Source: Planctomycetota bacterium (GTDB lineage Bacteria; Planctomycetota; PLA2; JAEUHO01). Taken from it: 64,000 bases of DNA. Position numbers and translations under genes: made by a program. The notes beneath the pieces are model-generated. The model had not been told where the DNA came from. It did not search any database and saw nothing but the letters and a program-made list of their open reading frames with translations. Of the stretch, positions 45,611 through 55,188 are shown one piece after another. The DNA is taken from NCBI GenBank assembly GCA_050248855.1, contig JBFWRP010000005.1, positions 1-64,000 on the forward strand, written 5' to 3'. Each line of letters begins with the position of its first letter. Position 1 is the stretch's first letter.

Positions 45611-47632
45611 ATGCCCATCCTCATCCGCTCCGTTCGCCGCTTGCCCCTCGCCCTCCAAGCCGCCGCCGTGGCGACCCTCCTCACCGCGTGCGGTGCTCCT
45701 ACCGACACGCTGCGTCCGGCGACGCTGTCGATGTCGCCGCGCGTCGTGGACGCCAGTGCCAGCGCGCCGTGCGTGATCCGGGGCATGGACTTCGGTGACG
45801 GGCCCGTCTCGGTGCGCCTCATCGACCATGACGGTCGCATCGTGGGCCCCGTGCGGACCACCGAGCCCAGTGCCGACGGCCACCAGCTGGCCATGCTGAC
45901 GGCGATCCTGCCCGAGCTCGAAGACGACACGTGGGTGCGCGTGCAGATCCAGACGGCCGACGGGCGCATCGCCTGCACGGACGAGAACGTGCTCGTGAAG
46001 GCCGGCGTCGAGGCGCCGCGCCTGATCGATGGCCGCGAGACCAACCCGTCGGACGCCGCCATGGGCTCGACCGGAATCGGTCTGCGACGCGATGTGCCGC
46101 CGGCCTTCGCCGATGGGGTGGCGACGCTGGCCCGACCCGAGCAGAAGAACCCGCGCACCATCAGCAACACGTTGGTGGCGCAGCCGGCGGCCCTGCCGCC
46201 CGTGACCGGGGCGGTGCCCTCGGACCTGTTCTGGTGCTTCGGCCAGTTCCTCGACCACGACCTGGACCTCTCGCCCGAGAGCGAGAGCGGCGAGCGCGCC
46301 GACGTGGCGATCCCCGCAGGTGACCCGTGGTTCGACCCGTTCGCGACGGGCGCCGTCGTGCTGCCCTTCAAGCGCTCGGCCGCCCTCACCGGGAGCGGCG
46401 ACGGGCCTGGCGACCCGCGCCGGCCCATGAACGCCATCACGGCGTGGATCGACGGCTCGAACGTGTACGGCTCCGACCCGGAACGGGCCCGCGCGCTGCG
46501 CACGCTCGACGGCACGGGGCGCCTGCGGGTCGACGCCGAAGGCTTCCTGCCCCTCAACACGGAGGGCTTTCCCAACGCGCCTACGCCGCACGACCCCACG
46601 CTGTTCCTCGCGGGCGACGTCCGCGCCAACGAACAGGTCGGTCTGACGGCATTGCACACGATCTTCGTCCGCGAGCACAACCTCGTGGCCGACGAGCTGC
46701 GCGCGGCCAACCCGCACCTGTCCGGGGACGAGATCTACGAGGCGGCCCGCCGCTTCGTCGGCGCCGAGCTGCAGGCGATCGCCTACGAGGAGTTCCTCCC
46801 GACGCTGCTCGGCGAGGGCGCGCTGCCGCCGTACGCAGGCCTGCGCACGGACGAAGACGCCTCGATCGGCGTGTTGTTCTCGACGGCCGCGTTCCGCCTG
46901 GGCCACACGATGGTCGGCGGCACGATCCTCCGGCTCACGCGCTACGGGACGCCGCTTGCCGAGGGCCATCTGAGCCTGCGCGACGCGTTCTTCCAGCCGC
47001 AGATCCTGCGTACGGAGGGCGGTGTGGATCCCGTGCTACGCGGCTTGGCGGCCAACCCGGCCCAGGCGATCGACCCGTTCATCGTGGACGACTTGCGCAA
47101 CTTCCTGTTCGGCCCTCCCGGCGCCGGCGGCCTCGATCTCGCAGCCTTGAACATCCAGCGCGGTCGCGACCACGGCCTGCCGTCGTACAACGCGTGTCGC
47201 GTGGCCTACGGCTTGGCGCCGCGCGCGTCGTTCGACGAGGTGACGAGCAACCCCGAGGTGCGCACGCGTCTCGCGGCCTGCTGGGACAGCCCCGATGTCG
47301 CCGACCCGTGGCCGGTGCTCCTGGCCGAGGACCGTGCTCCGCTCTCGCTCGTGGGCGAGACGCTGACGACGGTGCTCGCCGACCAGTTCCGCCGCGTGCG
47401 TGACGCCGACCGGTGCTGGTACGAACGGATCTACCTCGGCGAGACGTTGGCGCGTCTGAAGGCCACACGGCTCGCGGACGTGATCCGTCGCACGACGACG
47501 ATCCGCAACGAGATCTCGAGCACGGCCATGCTGGTGCCCGAAGTCGGGGCCGCTTCCACCAAGGGCGCCGTGCGCGAGAGCACGCGCAGCGCCGCGGAGC
47601 TGGGCAAGGTGGCGCTGGCCTTGGCGAAGTAG
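45611..47632 (+). CDS. Heme peroxidase of the peroxidase-cyclooxygenase (animal-type) superfamily, lipoprotein
   Basis: Lipobox LTAC; FGQFLDHD, DGSNVYG, GDVRANE, REHN, AFRLGH and NIQRGRDHG. Confidence 0.9.
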   Translation: MPILIRSVRRLPLALQAAAVATLLTACGAPTDTLRPATLSMSPRVVDASASAPCVIRGMDFGDGPVSVRLIDHDGRIVGPVRTTEPSADGHQLAMLTAILPELEDDTWVRVQIQTADGRIACTDENVLVKAGVEAPRLIDGRETNPSDAAMGSTGIGLRRDVPPAFADGVATLARPEQKNPRTISNTLVAQPAALPPVTGAVPSDLFWCFGQFLDHDLDLSPESESGERADVAIPAGDPWFDPFATGAVVLPFKRSAALTGSGDGPGDPRRPMNAITAWIDGSNVYGSDPERARALRTLDGTGRLRVDAEGFLPLNTEGFPNAPTPHDPTLFLAGDVRANEQVGLTALHTIFVREHNLVADELRAANPHLSGDEIYEAARRFVGAELQAIAYEEFLPTLLGEGALPPYAGLRTDEDASIGVLFSTAAFRLGHTMVGGTILRLTRYGTPLAEGHLSLRDAFFQPQILRTEGGVDPVLRGLAANPAQAIDPFIVDDLRNFLFGPPGAGGLDLAALNIQRGRDHGLPSYNACRVAYGLAPRASFDEVTSNPEVRTRLAACWDSPDVADPWPVLLAEDRAPLSLVGETLTTVLADQFRRVRDADRCWYERIYLGETLARLKATRLADVIRRTTTIRNEISSTAMLVPEVGAASTKGAVRESTRSAAELGKVALALAK

Positions 47633-47650
47633 CGACCACGGCGCCGTGCC

Positions 47651-47747
47651 GTACGGAGTCGGGTGAGATTCCAACCTCGGGCCGCCATGCCCTTCCGCAT
47701 GGGTTGGGTCCTTGCGGCCCGAGGTTGGAATCTCACCCGACTCCGTA
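47651..47747. repeat. REPIN-like long hairpin (family A), possible bidirectional terminator
   Basis: Perfect 34-bp inverted repeat 47652-47685 / 47714-47747 between convergent genes. Confidence 0.9.
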
Positions 47748-47790
47748 GCGCGGAAGCAGCGTCTACGGGTCGGAGCCCGAGGCCGCGAGG

Positions 47791-48813
47791 TCAGCGACCG
47801 GCGCGAGCGCCCTGCGTGACCTTCGCCAGGAGGCGCAGGTCGTCGGCGAGGTCGCGGAAGGCGTCGGGCTCCAGGGCCTGTTCGGCGTCGCAGCGGGCGC
47901 GCTCGGGACGCGCGTGCACCTCGACCATCACGCCATCGGCGCCCGCGGCGCACGCAGCGCGCGCCATGGGCGGCACGAAGCGGGCCTGCCCCGTGGCATG
48001 GCTCGGGTCCACGATCACCGGCAAATGCGACCGGGCCTTGGCCACCGGGACGGCAGCGAGGTCCAGCAGGTTGCGCGTGGCCGGGTCGAAGCCACGGACC
48101 CCACGCTCGCAGAGCACCACGTTGGGGTTGCCCTGCGCCAGCACGTACTCGGCCGCCAGCAGCCAGTCGGCCACGGTGGCGGAACGTCCGCGCTTCAAGA
48201 GCACGGGATGGCCGCTGCGCCCGACCTCGACCAGCAGGTCGAAGTTGCTCATGTTGCGCGTGCCGATCTGCAACATGTCGACGTTGCTGACGCACGCCTC
48301 GACGTGGCGCGGGTCCGTGACTTCGCTCACCACCGGCAGCCCCGTCGACAAGCCGACTTCGCGCAGGATGCGCAGGCCCTCGAGGCCCATGCCGCGGAAC
48401 GCATAGGGGCTGGTGCGCGGCTTGTAGGCCCCACCGCGCAGCATGTCGGCACCGGCCGACTTCACGGCCTGCGCCGTGGCCATCAGCTGGTCGCTGCTCT
48501 CGACGGCGCAGGGGCCCGCGATCAGCGTGAACCCGCCACCCCCGATGCGATGGCCGCGCACCGTCACGACCGTCGGCTCGGACTGGTGCTCGCGACCGGC
48601 CAGGGCGTAGGGCTCGGTGAGCGTGACCACCTTGCGCACGCCCGGCAGCAGCGTCAGTGGCGTGTGGCGCAGCTCGTCGAGGTCGCCCTCGACGACCCAG
48701 AGCGCACCGTAGGGGCTCTGGGTCTCGCGCCACGTGCAGCCGGCGCTCTTGACCACGTCGTCCAGCGCGTCGCGGTCGGCCTCGCGGATGCGGGGGTCGA
48801 GGAGGATCAGCAT
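47791..48813 (-). CDS. aroF: DAHP synthase (type I-beta) with N-terminal regulatory domain
   Basis: IAGPCAVES, RGGAYKPRTSPY, QIGTRNM, LLKRG, LCERG, DPSHATG. Confidence 0.93.
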   Translation of the reverse strand: MLILLDPRIREADRDALDDVVKSAGCTWRETQSPYGALWVVEGDLDELRHTPLTLLPGVRKVVTLTEPYALAGREHQSEPTVVTVRGHRIGGGGFTLIAGPCAVESSDQLMATAQAVKSAGADMLRGGAYKPRTSPYAFRGMGLEGLRILREVGLSTGLPVVSEVTDPRHVEACVSNVDMLQIGTRNMSNFDLLVEVGRSGHPVLLKRGRSATVADWLLAAEYVLAQGNPNVVLCERGVRGFDPATRNLLDLAAVPVAKARSHLPVIVDPSHATGQARFVPPMARAACAAGADGVMVEVHARPERARCDAEQALEPDAFRDLADDLRLLAKVTQGARAGR

Positions 48814-48956
48814 GGCGGGCGGAGTGTACGGCTGGCGGCACCGCCCGCCCCCGGGTGTCCGGGCGTGAGAGCGTCCCGACCGGGGGTGCGCGGGCGCGGT
48901 TCGCCGCGTGCCCGGCGGCGCCTGCTCCGGAGGCCCGTGGCGGGTACGCTCCCGCC

Positions 48957-49706
48957 ATGAACGCTTCGCGCATCCCTCTCGTCGCCGGCAACTGGAAGAT
49001 GCACGGGTCCCGCGCCGAGGCGCGGGCCTGGGCTCGCGCGGCGGCGGGGAACGCCGCACGCGCATCGTGCGACGTGGCCGTCTTTCCACCGGCACCTTGG
49101 CTCGTGGACGTCGTGGAGGCGGCAGGCCCCAAGGTGCTCGTGGGCGCACAGGCCTGCGACGCGCGCGCGTCGGGGGCTTTCACCGGCGCCGTCTCGGCCG
49201 CGATGGTCGCGGACACGGGCGCCACCCTCGTCCTCTGCGGCCACTCCGAGCGCCGCCACGTCTTCGGCGAGTCGGACGAGCACGTCGCCGCCAGCGCGGA
49301 ACGGGCCTGGGAGGCGGGGCTGACGCCCGTCCTCTGCGTGGGCGAGACCCTCGCGGAACGTCGGGCGGGGCGCACGCGCGAGGTCGTCCTGCGCCAGCTG
49401 CTCGCCGTGTTGGGTCGGGTGCCCGGGCCCAGCGCCCCCCTGATCCTCGCCTACGAGCCGGTCTGGGCCATCGGCACGGGCCAGGCGGCCACGCCCCTGG
49501 AGGCCGCCGAGGCCCACGGCTGGCTCCGGGCAGCCGTGGCCGAGCGGGACGCCGATCGGGCCGCGGCGCTGCGAATCCTCTACGGGGGCAGCGTCAAGCC
49601 CGACAACATGGGGGGCTTCCTCGCCGTGGACGATGTGGACGGCGCCCTCGTGGGCGGCGCATCCCTCGACCCGGAGAGCTTTGCCCGCCTCCTGCTCCTG
49701 GCCTGA
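48957..49706 (+). CDS. tpiA: Triosephosphate isomerase
   Basis: AGNWKM, GHSERR, AYEPVWAIGTG, YGGSV, GGASL. Confidence 0.97.
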   Translation: MNASRIPLVAGNWKMHGSRAEARAWARAAAGNAARASCDVAVFPPAPWLVDVVEAAGPKVLVGAQACDARASGAFTGAVSAAMVADTGATLVLCGHSERRHVFGESDEHVAASAERAWEAGLTPVLCVGETLAERRAGRTREVVLRQLLAVLGRVPGPSAPLILAYEPVWAIGTGQAATPLEAAEAHGWLRAAVAERDADRAAALRILYGGSVKPDNMGGFLAVDDVDGALVGGASLDPESFARLLLLA

Positions 49707-49718
49707 CGAGAGAACCGC

Positions 49719-50258
49719 ATGGACTTCCTGACCTCCGACCTCCTCACGCTCGCCGCTTGGACGGACATCCTCCGCGGCGTCGTGCTGGTGCTCTTCGTGC
49801 TGAGCGCGCTGCTCGTGCTGCTCGTCGTGCTCGCCCAGGAAGGCAAGGGTGGTGGTCTCTCCGGCGCCTTCGGTGGCGCGGGTGCGGAGACGTTCGGCGT
49901 GAAGGCGGGCACCGTGAATGCCTTCACCTCGTGGATCGCCGTGGCGTTCCTCGGCTTGGCGCTCGTCTACGCGGGCCTGAGCTCGGTAGGCAAGGACCGC
50001 GAGGGAGCTTCGGGCGTCAGCACGGAGCAGTTCACGGGGGAGACGGAGGCGACCGACGCCTCGGGGACCGAGAGCGGCGCGGCGGGCGCGGAAGCGGCCG
50101 GCACCGCGGGCGACGCCAGCGGTGACAGCGACGCCAGCGGTGACAGCGACGCCAGCGCTGGCAGCGAGGCCGGCAGCGGCACGGCGACCAACGGCGGCGA
50201 CGGGACCGGGACCGGCGACGACGGTGGTGGTACCAACGGCGGCGACGAGGGTCGTTGA
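49719..50258 (+). CDS. secG: Preprotein translocase SecG with long acidic Gly/Ser tail
   Basis: Two TMs, QEGKGGGLSGAFGG; 18-bp tandem repeat at 50111-50157. Confidence 0.9.
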   Translation: MDFLTSDLLTLAAWTDILRGVVLVLFVLSALLVLLVVLAQEGKGGGLSGAFGGAGAETFGVKAGTVNAFTSWIAVAFLGLALVYAGLSSVGKDREGASGVSTEQFTGETEATDASGTESGAAGAEAAGTAGDASGDSDASGDSDASAGSEAGSGTATNGGDGTGTGDDGGGTNGGDEGR

Positions 50259-51172
50259 CCGCGCAGGCGACTGACGCGATGTCGCCTCGGCCCATGGCCC
50301 GCGTCCGCTCCATGACCGGTGCCGCGACAGCCTCCAAGGACGTCGCCGGGGGCCGCCTCGATCTCGAGGTCCGCTCCGTCAACCACCGCTTCCTCAAGGT
50401 GGGCGTGCGCGTAGAGGGCCGGCTACCCCGCGTGGAGCCGCTGGCCGAAGCGGCAGCCAAGGCGCACCTCGAGCGGGGCCACGTGTCCTACGGTCTGCGG
50501 CTGGCGTCCCCGGGGGGCCCCTCGCTGGCGTCCCTGGACGAGGCCGCGTTCGCCGAGGCCGCCGCGACGTTGAGGCGCTTGGCCACGATGCATGGCCTGG
50601 AGACCGTCAGCGTGCGCGACGTGCTCCAGGTGCCCGGCGTACTGCGTGGGGCCGGCGAGCCGGACGAGGCCCTGGAACCTGCGATCGCCGCGCTGCTCGA
50701 CGAAGGGACGCGAGCCCTCGTCGTCAGCCGCGAGCGCGAAGGCCAGGCGCTGGCAGGGGCGCTCGGAGCGCATCTGGATCGCATCGCGGAGCTGGTCGGC
50801 GAGCTGACGGCGCGCGCCGATGCCGTGCCCGAGGCGCTTCGTGCGCGTGTCCGCGAGCGCGTCGAGGTGCTTCTCGAGGGCACCGGCACCAGCCTCGATG
50901 CAGGCCAGCTCGAGCGGGAGATCGCCTGGCTCGCCGACCGCGCCGACGTCCGGGAGGAGCTGGCACGGCTGGAGGCCCACGTCGGCCACGCGCGCGACTT
51001 GCTCTCCGAGGGCGGCGCGATCGGCAAGCGACTGGACTTCCTCGCGCAGGAGCTGCTGCGCGAGGTGAACACGGTCGGCAGCAAGACGCCCGACCTCGCG
51101 TCCACGCACCATGTCCTGGCGCTCAAGACCGAGGTGGAGCGCCTGCGCGAGCAGGTCCAGAACGTGGAGTAG
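50255..51172 (+). CDS. yicC: YicC/YloC family endoribonuclease
   Basis: SMTG, EVRSVNHRFL, GKRLDFL.QE..RE.NT.GSK, REQVQNVE. Confidence 0.92.
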   Translation: MTAQATDAMSPRPMARVRSMTGAATASKDVAGGRLDLEVRSVNHRFLKVGVRVEGRLPRVEPLAEAAAKAHLERGHVSYGLRLASPGGPSLASLDEAAFAEAAATLRRLATMHGLETVSVRDVLQVPGVLRGAGEPDEALEPAIAALLDEGTRALVVSREREGQALAGALGAHLDRIAELVGELTARADAVPEALRARVRERVEVLLEGTGTSLDAGQLEREIAWLADRADVREELARLEAHVGHARDLLSEGGAIGKRLDFLAQELLREVNTVGSKTPDLASTHHVLALKTEVERLREQVQNVE

Positions 51173-51180
51173 CGCCCGCG

Positions 51181-51789
51181 ATGTCGCGCGCCCCAGCCTC
51201 TCCCTACCCGTTCCTGCTCGTGGTGAGCGGCCCCAGCGGTGCGGGCAAGACGAGCCTCGCCCGCATGCTGTTGGAGCGGGATGCTCGCTTCGCCCGTGCC
51301 GTCACGGCCACGACACGCGCCCCGCGCGGCGACGAGCGCCATGGCGTCCACTACCACTTCCTCGACCCCGCGACCTTCGAGGCGGGCGTGGAAGAGGGCG
51401 CGTTCCTCGAGCACGCCGAGGTCTACGGCCATCGCTACGGCACGCCGCGAGCGAGCGTCGAGACCGTCCTCGCGGCGGGGCGCCTGGGCCTGCTCGTGGT
51501 GGACGTCCAGGGGGTCCGGAACCTGCGCGCCGTCCTGGCCGGCGCGCCCTGGCCCGTGCACTTCGTGTTCGTCCGGACACCCGACTTGGCCACGCTCGAG
51601 GCGCGCCTGGCGGCCCGCGGCGAGGACGATGCGGCCACCATCGCCCGGCGGCTGGAGGAGGCCCGGGTCGAGGAGGCCGAGGCCCCGACCTTCGACCTCG
51701 TCGTGGTCAACGACGACCTCGAATCGGCGTTCGGGAGGCTCGAAGAGGCCGTCCAGGGATGGACGGAGGCCCCGCCGCGGGCACACTGA
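51181..51789 (+). CDS. gmk: Guanylate kinase
   Basis: SGPSGAGKT, TTRAPR..E.HG..YHF, YGT, DVQG. Confidence 0.95.
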   Translation: MSRAPASPYPFLLVVSGPSGAGKTSLARMLLERDARFARAVTATTRAPRGDERHGVHYHFLDPATFEAGVEEGAFLEHAEVYGHRYGTPRASVETVLAAGRLGLLVVDVQGVRNLRAVLAGAPWPVHFVFVRTPDLATLEARLAARGEDDAATIARRLEEARVEEAEAPTFDLVVVNDDLESAFGRLEEAVQGWTEAPPRAH

Positions 51790-51829
51790 ACGGTTGCCGG
51801 GGGGACTTCCTCCCGGCCTGGAGGACGCC

Positions 51830-52036
51830 ATGGAAGAGAAGATCCGCATCTTGGACGAGCTCGAAGAGCGCGTGGGCGGACGGTTCTCCCTGACGGCCCT
51901 CCTGCAAAAGCGCGTGCGCGAGCTCGTCGCCGGAGCACCGCGCCTGGTCGAGAGCAAGTCCGACAACCCGATCGACATCGCCATCGAGGAAGTGCGCGCG
52001 GGCAAGATCGAGCTGGTCCCCGAGGATGCAGACTGA
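51830..52036 (+). CDS. rpoZ: RNA polymerase omega subunit
   Basis: VGGRFSLTALLQKRVREL, IAIEEV..GKI; GGAGG RBS; position after gmk. Confidence 0.88.
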   Translation: MEEKIRILDELEERVGGRFSLTALLQKRVRELVAGAPRLVESKSDNPIDIAIEEVRAGKIELVPEDAD

Positions 52037-52619
52037 CCCGCGCATGACCCGCGTCGTCGTGGCCGTAGGCGGCAGCATCGCCGCCTACAAGGCCTGCGAT
52101 CTCGTCTCCAAGCTCGTGCAAACACGGATCACGGTCGACGTGGTCCTCTCGCGCAACGCCCTGAGGTTCGTGCAGCCCCTCGCGTTTGCGGCCCTCACCC
52201 ATCGCCCGACGTTCACCGACGAGCGCCTCTGGGACGATCGCCTGGGCGAAGGCGGCCCGGCCAAGCACCTGCGCATCACCGAGCAGGCCGACCTGCTCGT
52301 CGTGGCGCCGGCCACCGCCGACTTGATCGGCAAGATGGCCAACGGCATCGCCGACGAGATCGTCTCCACGACCTACCTCGGCGCGGCGTGCCCCGTCCTG
52401 GTGGCGCCCGCCATGAACCACCGCATGTGGGCCAGTCCCCGCGTGCAGGCCAACCTCGAGGTCTTGAAGGGCGACGGGGTCGAGGTCGTCGGCCCCGTCA
52501 CGGGCTGGCTCGCCGAGGGCGAGCACGGCATGGGCCGGATGGAGGAGCCCGAGCTGATCCGGGCCGCCATCGCGGCACGCCTGCTCGAGCGTGGCGGCAC
52601 GCCGGCGGCGGAAACGTAG
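52026..52619 (+). CDS. coaC: Stand-alone phosphopantothenoylcysteine decarboxylase (HFCD flavoprotein)
   Basis: GSIAAYKA, APATA..GK.ANGIAD, APAMN..MW; no CoaB domain. Confidence 0.85.
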   Translation: MQTDPRMTRVVVAVGGSIAAYKACDLVSKLVQTRITVDVVLSRNALRFVQPLAFAALTHRPTFTDERLWDDRLGEGGPAKHLRITEQADLLVVAPATADLIGKMANGIADEIVSTTYLGAACPVLVAPAMNHRMWASPRVQANLEVLKGDGVEVVGPVTGWLAEGEHGMGRMEEPELIRAAIAARLLERGGTPAAET

Positions 52620-52716
52620 GCACCACGTAGCCCGCCCGCCGCCCTCCGGGGCGCCGCCGGCCGGATCCGCCGCCGCCCTGAATCGACAGGGGCCCTCGCC
52701 CGATCCATGCGCCTGT

Positions 52717-55158
52717 ATGGCCGCACGATCCACCTCTGCCGCCGCGAGCAAGAGCCGCGCGCGGACCCGTAGTCCTGCCGTCGAGGCGGAGCCCATCGGC
52801 CTCGAGCTGATCGGCTTGGCCCTCGGTCTGGCCTCCTTGCTGTTGTTGGCGGCATTGGCGACCCAGGCTCCCGCGTCCGCGGGCGGGGGCTGGCGCAACG
52901 CCGTCGGAGCGACGGGTCGCGTGGTCGCGCAGGCGCTGACGGGGGCGCTGGGCCTCGGGGCGCTGGCCGCACCGATCTTCGGCCTGACCTGGGCGATCGC
53001 CTGCCTGCGCGGGCGGCCGCCTGGACGCTGGGCGCTCAAGGCCGCCCTGCTGCCCGTCGCGATGGCCCTCGTGGCCGTGCTGGCGGCCCTGCTCTTCGAG
53101 CGGCTGCACCTGCCGGGCGTCGACCGCTACGGACCCGGGGGCTACTTCGGCCTCGCGCTGGGCACCGCGCTGTATGACGTGATCGGACCGTCCTCGAGCC
53201 TCGTGCTCGCCGTCGGTCTGCTCGCGGTCGGGGCGTTGCTCGTGGACTTGTCCATCTCCGGCGTCGCGCGGGGCGTCCTGTCCCGCGCCGGCTCCCCGTC
53301 CACCGCGAAGACCTCGCGCAAGGCCAAGCCGCGCCGCGCTCGCGAGGCCGACGAAGTCACGAGCGAAGACGAGACGTGGGACGACGCGGAGGACGAGGAC
53401 GAGGAGGGCGACGAGGAGTACGACGAGGACGAGTACGAAGACGACGAGGAGTGGGACGAGGAGGACGAAGACGACGAGGAGGACGAGGACGACGAGGCGG
53501 AGGCCGAGGACGACGACGATCCCGCGCGTGCGGAGGCGGCGGCCCGGCGGGCCGCGGCCCGCGAGCGCCGCGAGCTGCCTCCGGTCCCCCGCGACAAGAA
53601 GCCCTGGAAGCCCAAGGGCAAGTACGTCCCGCCCCCCATCGAGCTCCTGGCCTGCGGCAAGTCCGTCGAGGAGGCCAACGTCAAGGAGGAGGTCGAGGCC
53701 CGCGCCGACACCCTCGAGGAGACGCTCCGGGCCTTCCGGATCGAGGCCAAGGTGGTCAGCTACCGCCGCGGCCCGGTCATCACGTTCTACGAGGTCCAGG
53801 TGCCGCCGGGCGTGGCGGGCAGCCAGGTCGCCAAGCGCGCCGACGACATCGGCCGGGCGCTCAAGGTCGGCAAGGTCCGCGTCGTCACGAACATGCGCGG
53901 CTTGGACACGATCGGCATCGAGGTAGGCAACGAGCAGCGCGACGACGTGACGCTGCGTGACTTGCTCGAGGAGTCGGGGCCCAAGATCGACCGTCTCGAG
54001 ATCCCGCTGCTGCTCGGCCGCGACACGTCGGGACGCCCCGTCGTGGAGGATCTGGCCAAGATGCCGCACTGCTTGATCGCAGGCGCCACGGGCGCGGGCA
54101 AGAGCGTGTGCATCAACTCCGTGCTGCAGTCGATCCTGTTCACGCGCGGGCCCGACGAGGTCAACCTGATCCTCGTGGACCCCAAGCAGGTCGAGCTGGC
54201 CTCCTACGAGGGCATCCCGCACTTGGCCACGGGCGTCGAGACCGACCCCAAGCGGGCCGGCAAGATCCTGCAGTGGGCCGTGGAGCGGATGGAGGAGCGC
54301 TACCACCAGCTCAAGTGCACGGGCGTGCGCAACGTCAAGGGCTACAACGACCTGCCCGCGGCCCGGCGCGCAGCCTCCCGCGAGCGCCACGGGATGGACG
54401 AGGAGACGCTGCCCGACCGCCTGCCCTACATCGTGATCGTGGTCGACGAAATGGCCGACCTCATCATGACGGGCGGCAAGGACGTCGAGCTGGCCATCAC
54501 CCGCTTGGCGCAGAAGAGCCGCGCGGTCGGCATCCACCTGATCCTGGCCACGCAGCGCCCCGAGCGCACCGTCATCACGGGCCTCATCAAGGCCAACATG
54601 CCGACGCGCATCGCCTTCACCGTGTCGAGCAAGCTCGACAGCCGCGTCGTGCTCGACCAGAACGGCGCCGAGGCCCTGCTCGGCATGGGCGACATGCTCT
54701 TCCTCTCGCCGCGCAGCATGTTCCCGATCCGCGGCCAGGGCGCGCTGGTCACCGACGACGAGGTGCTCGAGGTCGTGCAGGACCTCAAGAACAAGTACCC
54801 GGACGTCGAGTACCAGGACCTGCTCAAGCAGCAGCAACAGACGCAGGGCGATCCCATGGCCCGCGACGAGCTCTACAACGACGCCGTGCGGCTCGTGCTC
54901 TCCAAGAAGCTCGGTAGCGCCAGCATGCTCCAGCGCTGCATGGGCATCGGCTACACACGGGCCTCGCGGCTCATCGAGATGATGGAGGAGCAGGGCGTGG
55001 TGGGCCCCCACCAGGGCAGCAAGGCGCGCGAGCTCTACGTGGACCTGGACGAGTGGGAGGCCGACCTGGCCGCCCGCGGCCCGGCCGAGAGCCCGGAAGG
55101 CCCGACGGCCGAGTACGACCACGACGACCCGCCCGCCGTCGACACCAGCTGGGACTAG
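52717..55158 (+). CDS. ftsK: DNA translocase FtsK
   Basis: TM N-terminus, acidic linker, PHCLIAGATGAGKS, DPKQVEL, VDEMADL, ATQRP, GMGDML, gamma domain. Confidence 0.95.
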   Translation: MAARSTSAAASKSRARTRSPAVEAEPIGLELIGLALGLASLLLLAALATQAPASAGGGWRNAVGATGRVVAQALTGALGLGALAAPIFGLTWAIACLRGRPPGRWALKAALLPVAMALVAVLAALLFERLHLPGVDRYGPGGYFGLALGTALYDVIGPSSSLVLAVGLLAVGALLVDLSISGVARGVLSRAGSPSTAKTSRKAKPRRAREADEVTSEDETWDDAEDEDEEGDEEYDEDEYEDDEEWDEEDEDDEEDEDDEAEAEDDDDPARAEAAARRAAARERRELPPVPRDKKPWKPKGKYVPPPIELLACGKSVEEANVKEEVEARADTLEETLRAFRIEAKVVSYRRGPVITFYEVQVPPGVAGSQVAKRADDIGRALKVGKVRVVTNMRGLDTIGIEVGNEQRDDVTLRDLLEESGPKIDRLEIPLLLGRDTSGRPVVEDLAKMPHCLIAGATGAGKSVCINSVLQSILFTRGPDEVNLILVDPKQVELASYEGIPHLATGVETDPKRAGKILQWAVERMEERYHQLKCTGVRNVKGYNDLPAARRAASRERHGMDEETLPDRLPYIVIVVDEMADLIMTGGKDVELAITRLAQKSRAVGIHLILATQRPERTVITGLIKANMPTRIAFTVSSKLDSRVVLDQNGAEALLGMGDMLFLSPRSMFPIRGQGALVTDDEVLEVVQDLKNKYPDVEYQDLLKQQQQTQGDPMARDELYNDAVRLVLSKKLGSASMLQRCMGIGYTRASRLIEMMEEQGVVGPHQGSKARELYVDLDEWEADLAARGPAESPEGPTAEYDHDDPPAVDTSWD

Positions 55159-55188
55159 AGGTGTCGCTACTGCCCGGCGTGGGGAGGT

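Noticed and set aside
52717..55158. FtsK as a conjugative, type VII secretion or defence ATPase
   Set aside because: Single motor plus gamma domain in a housekeeping context (gmk, rpoZ, rimO, pgsA).
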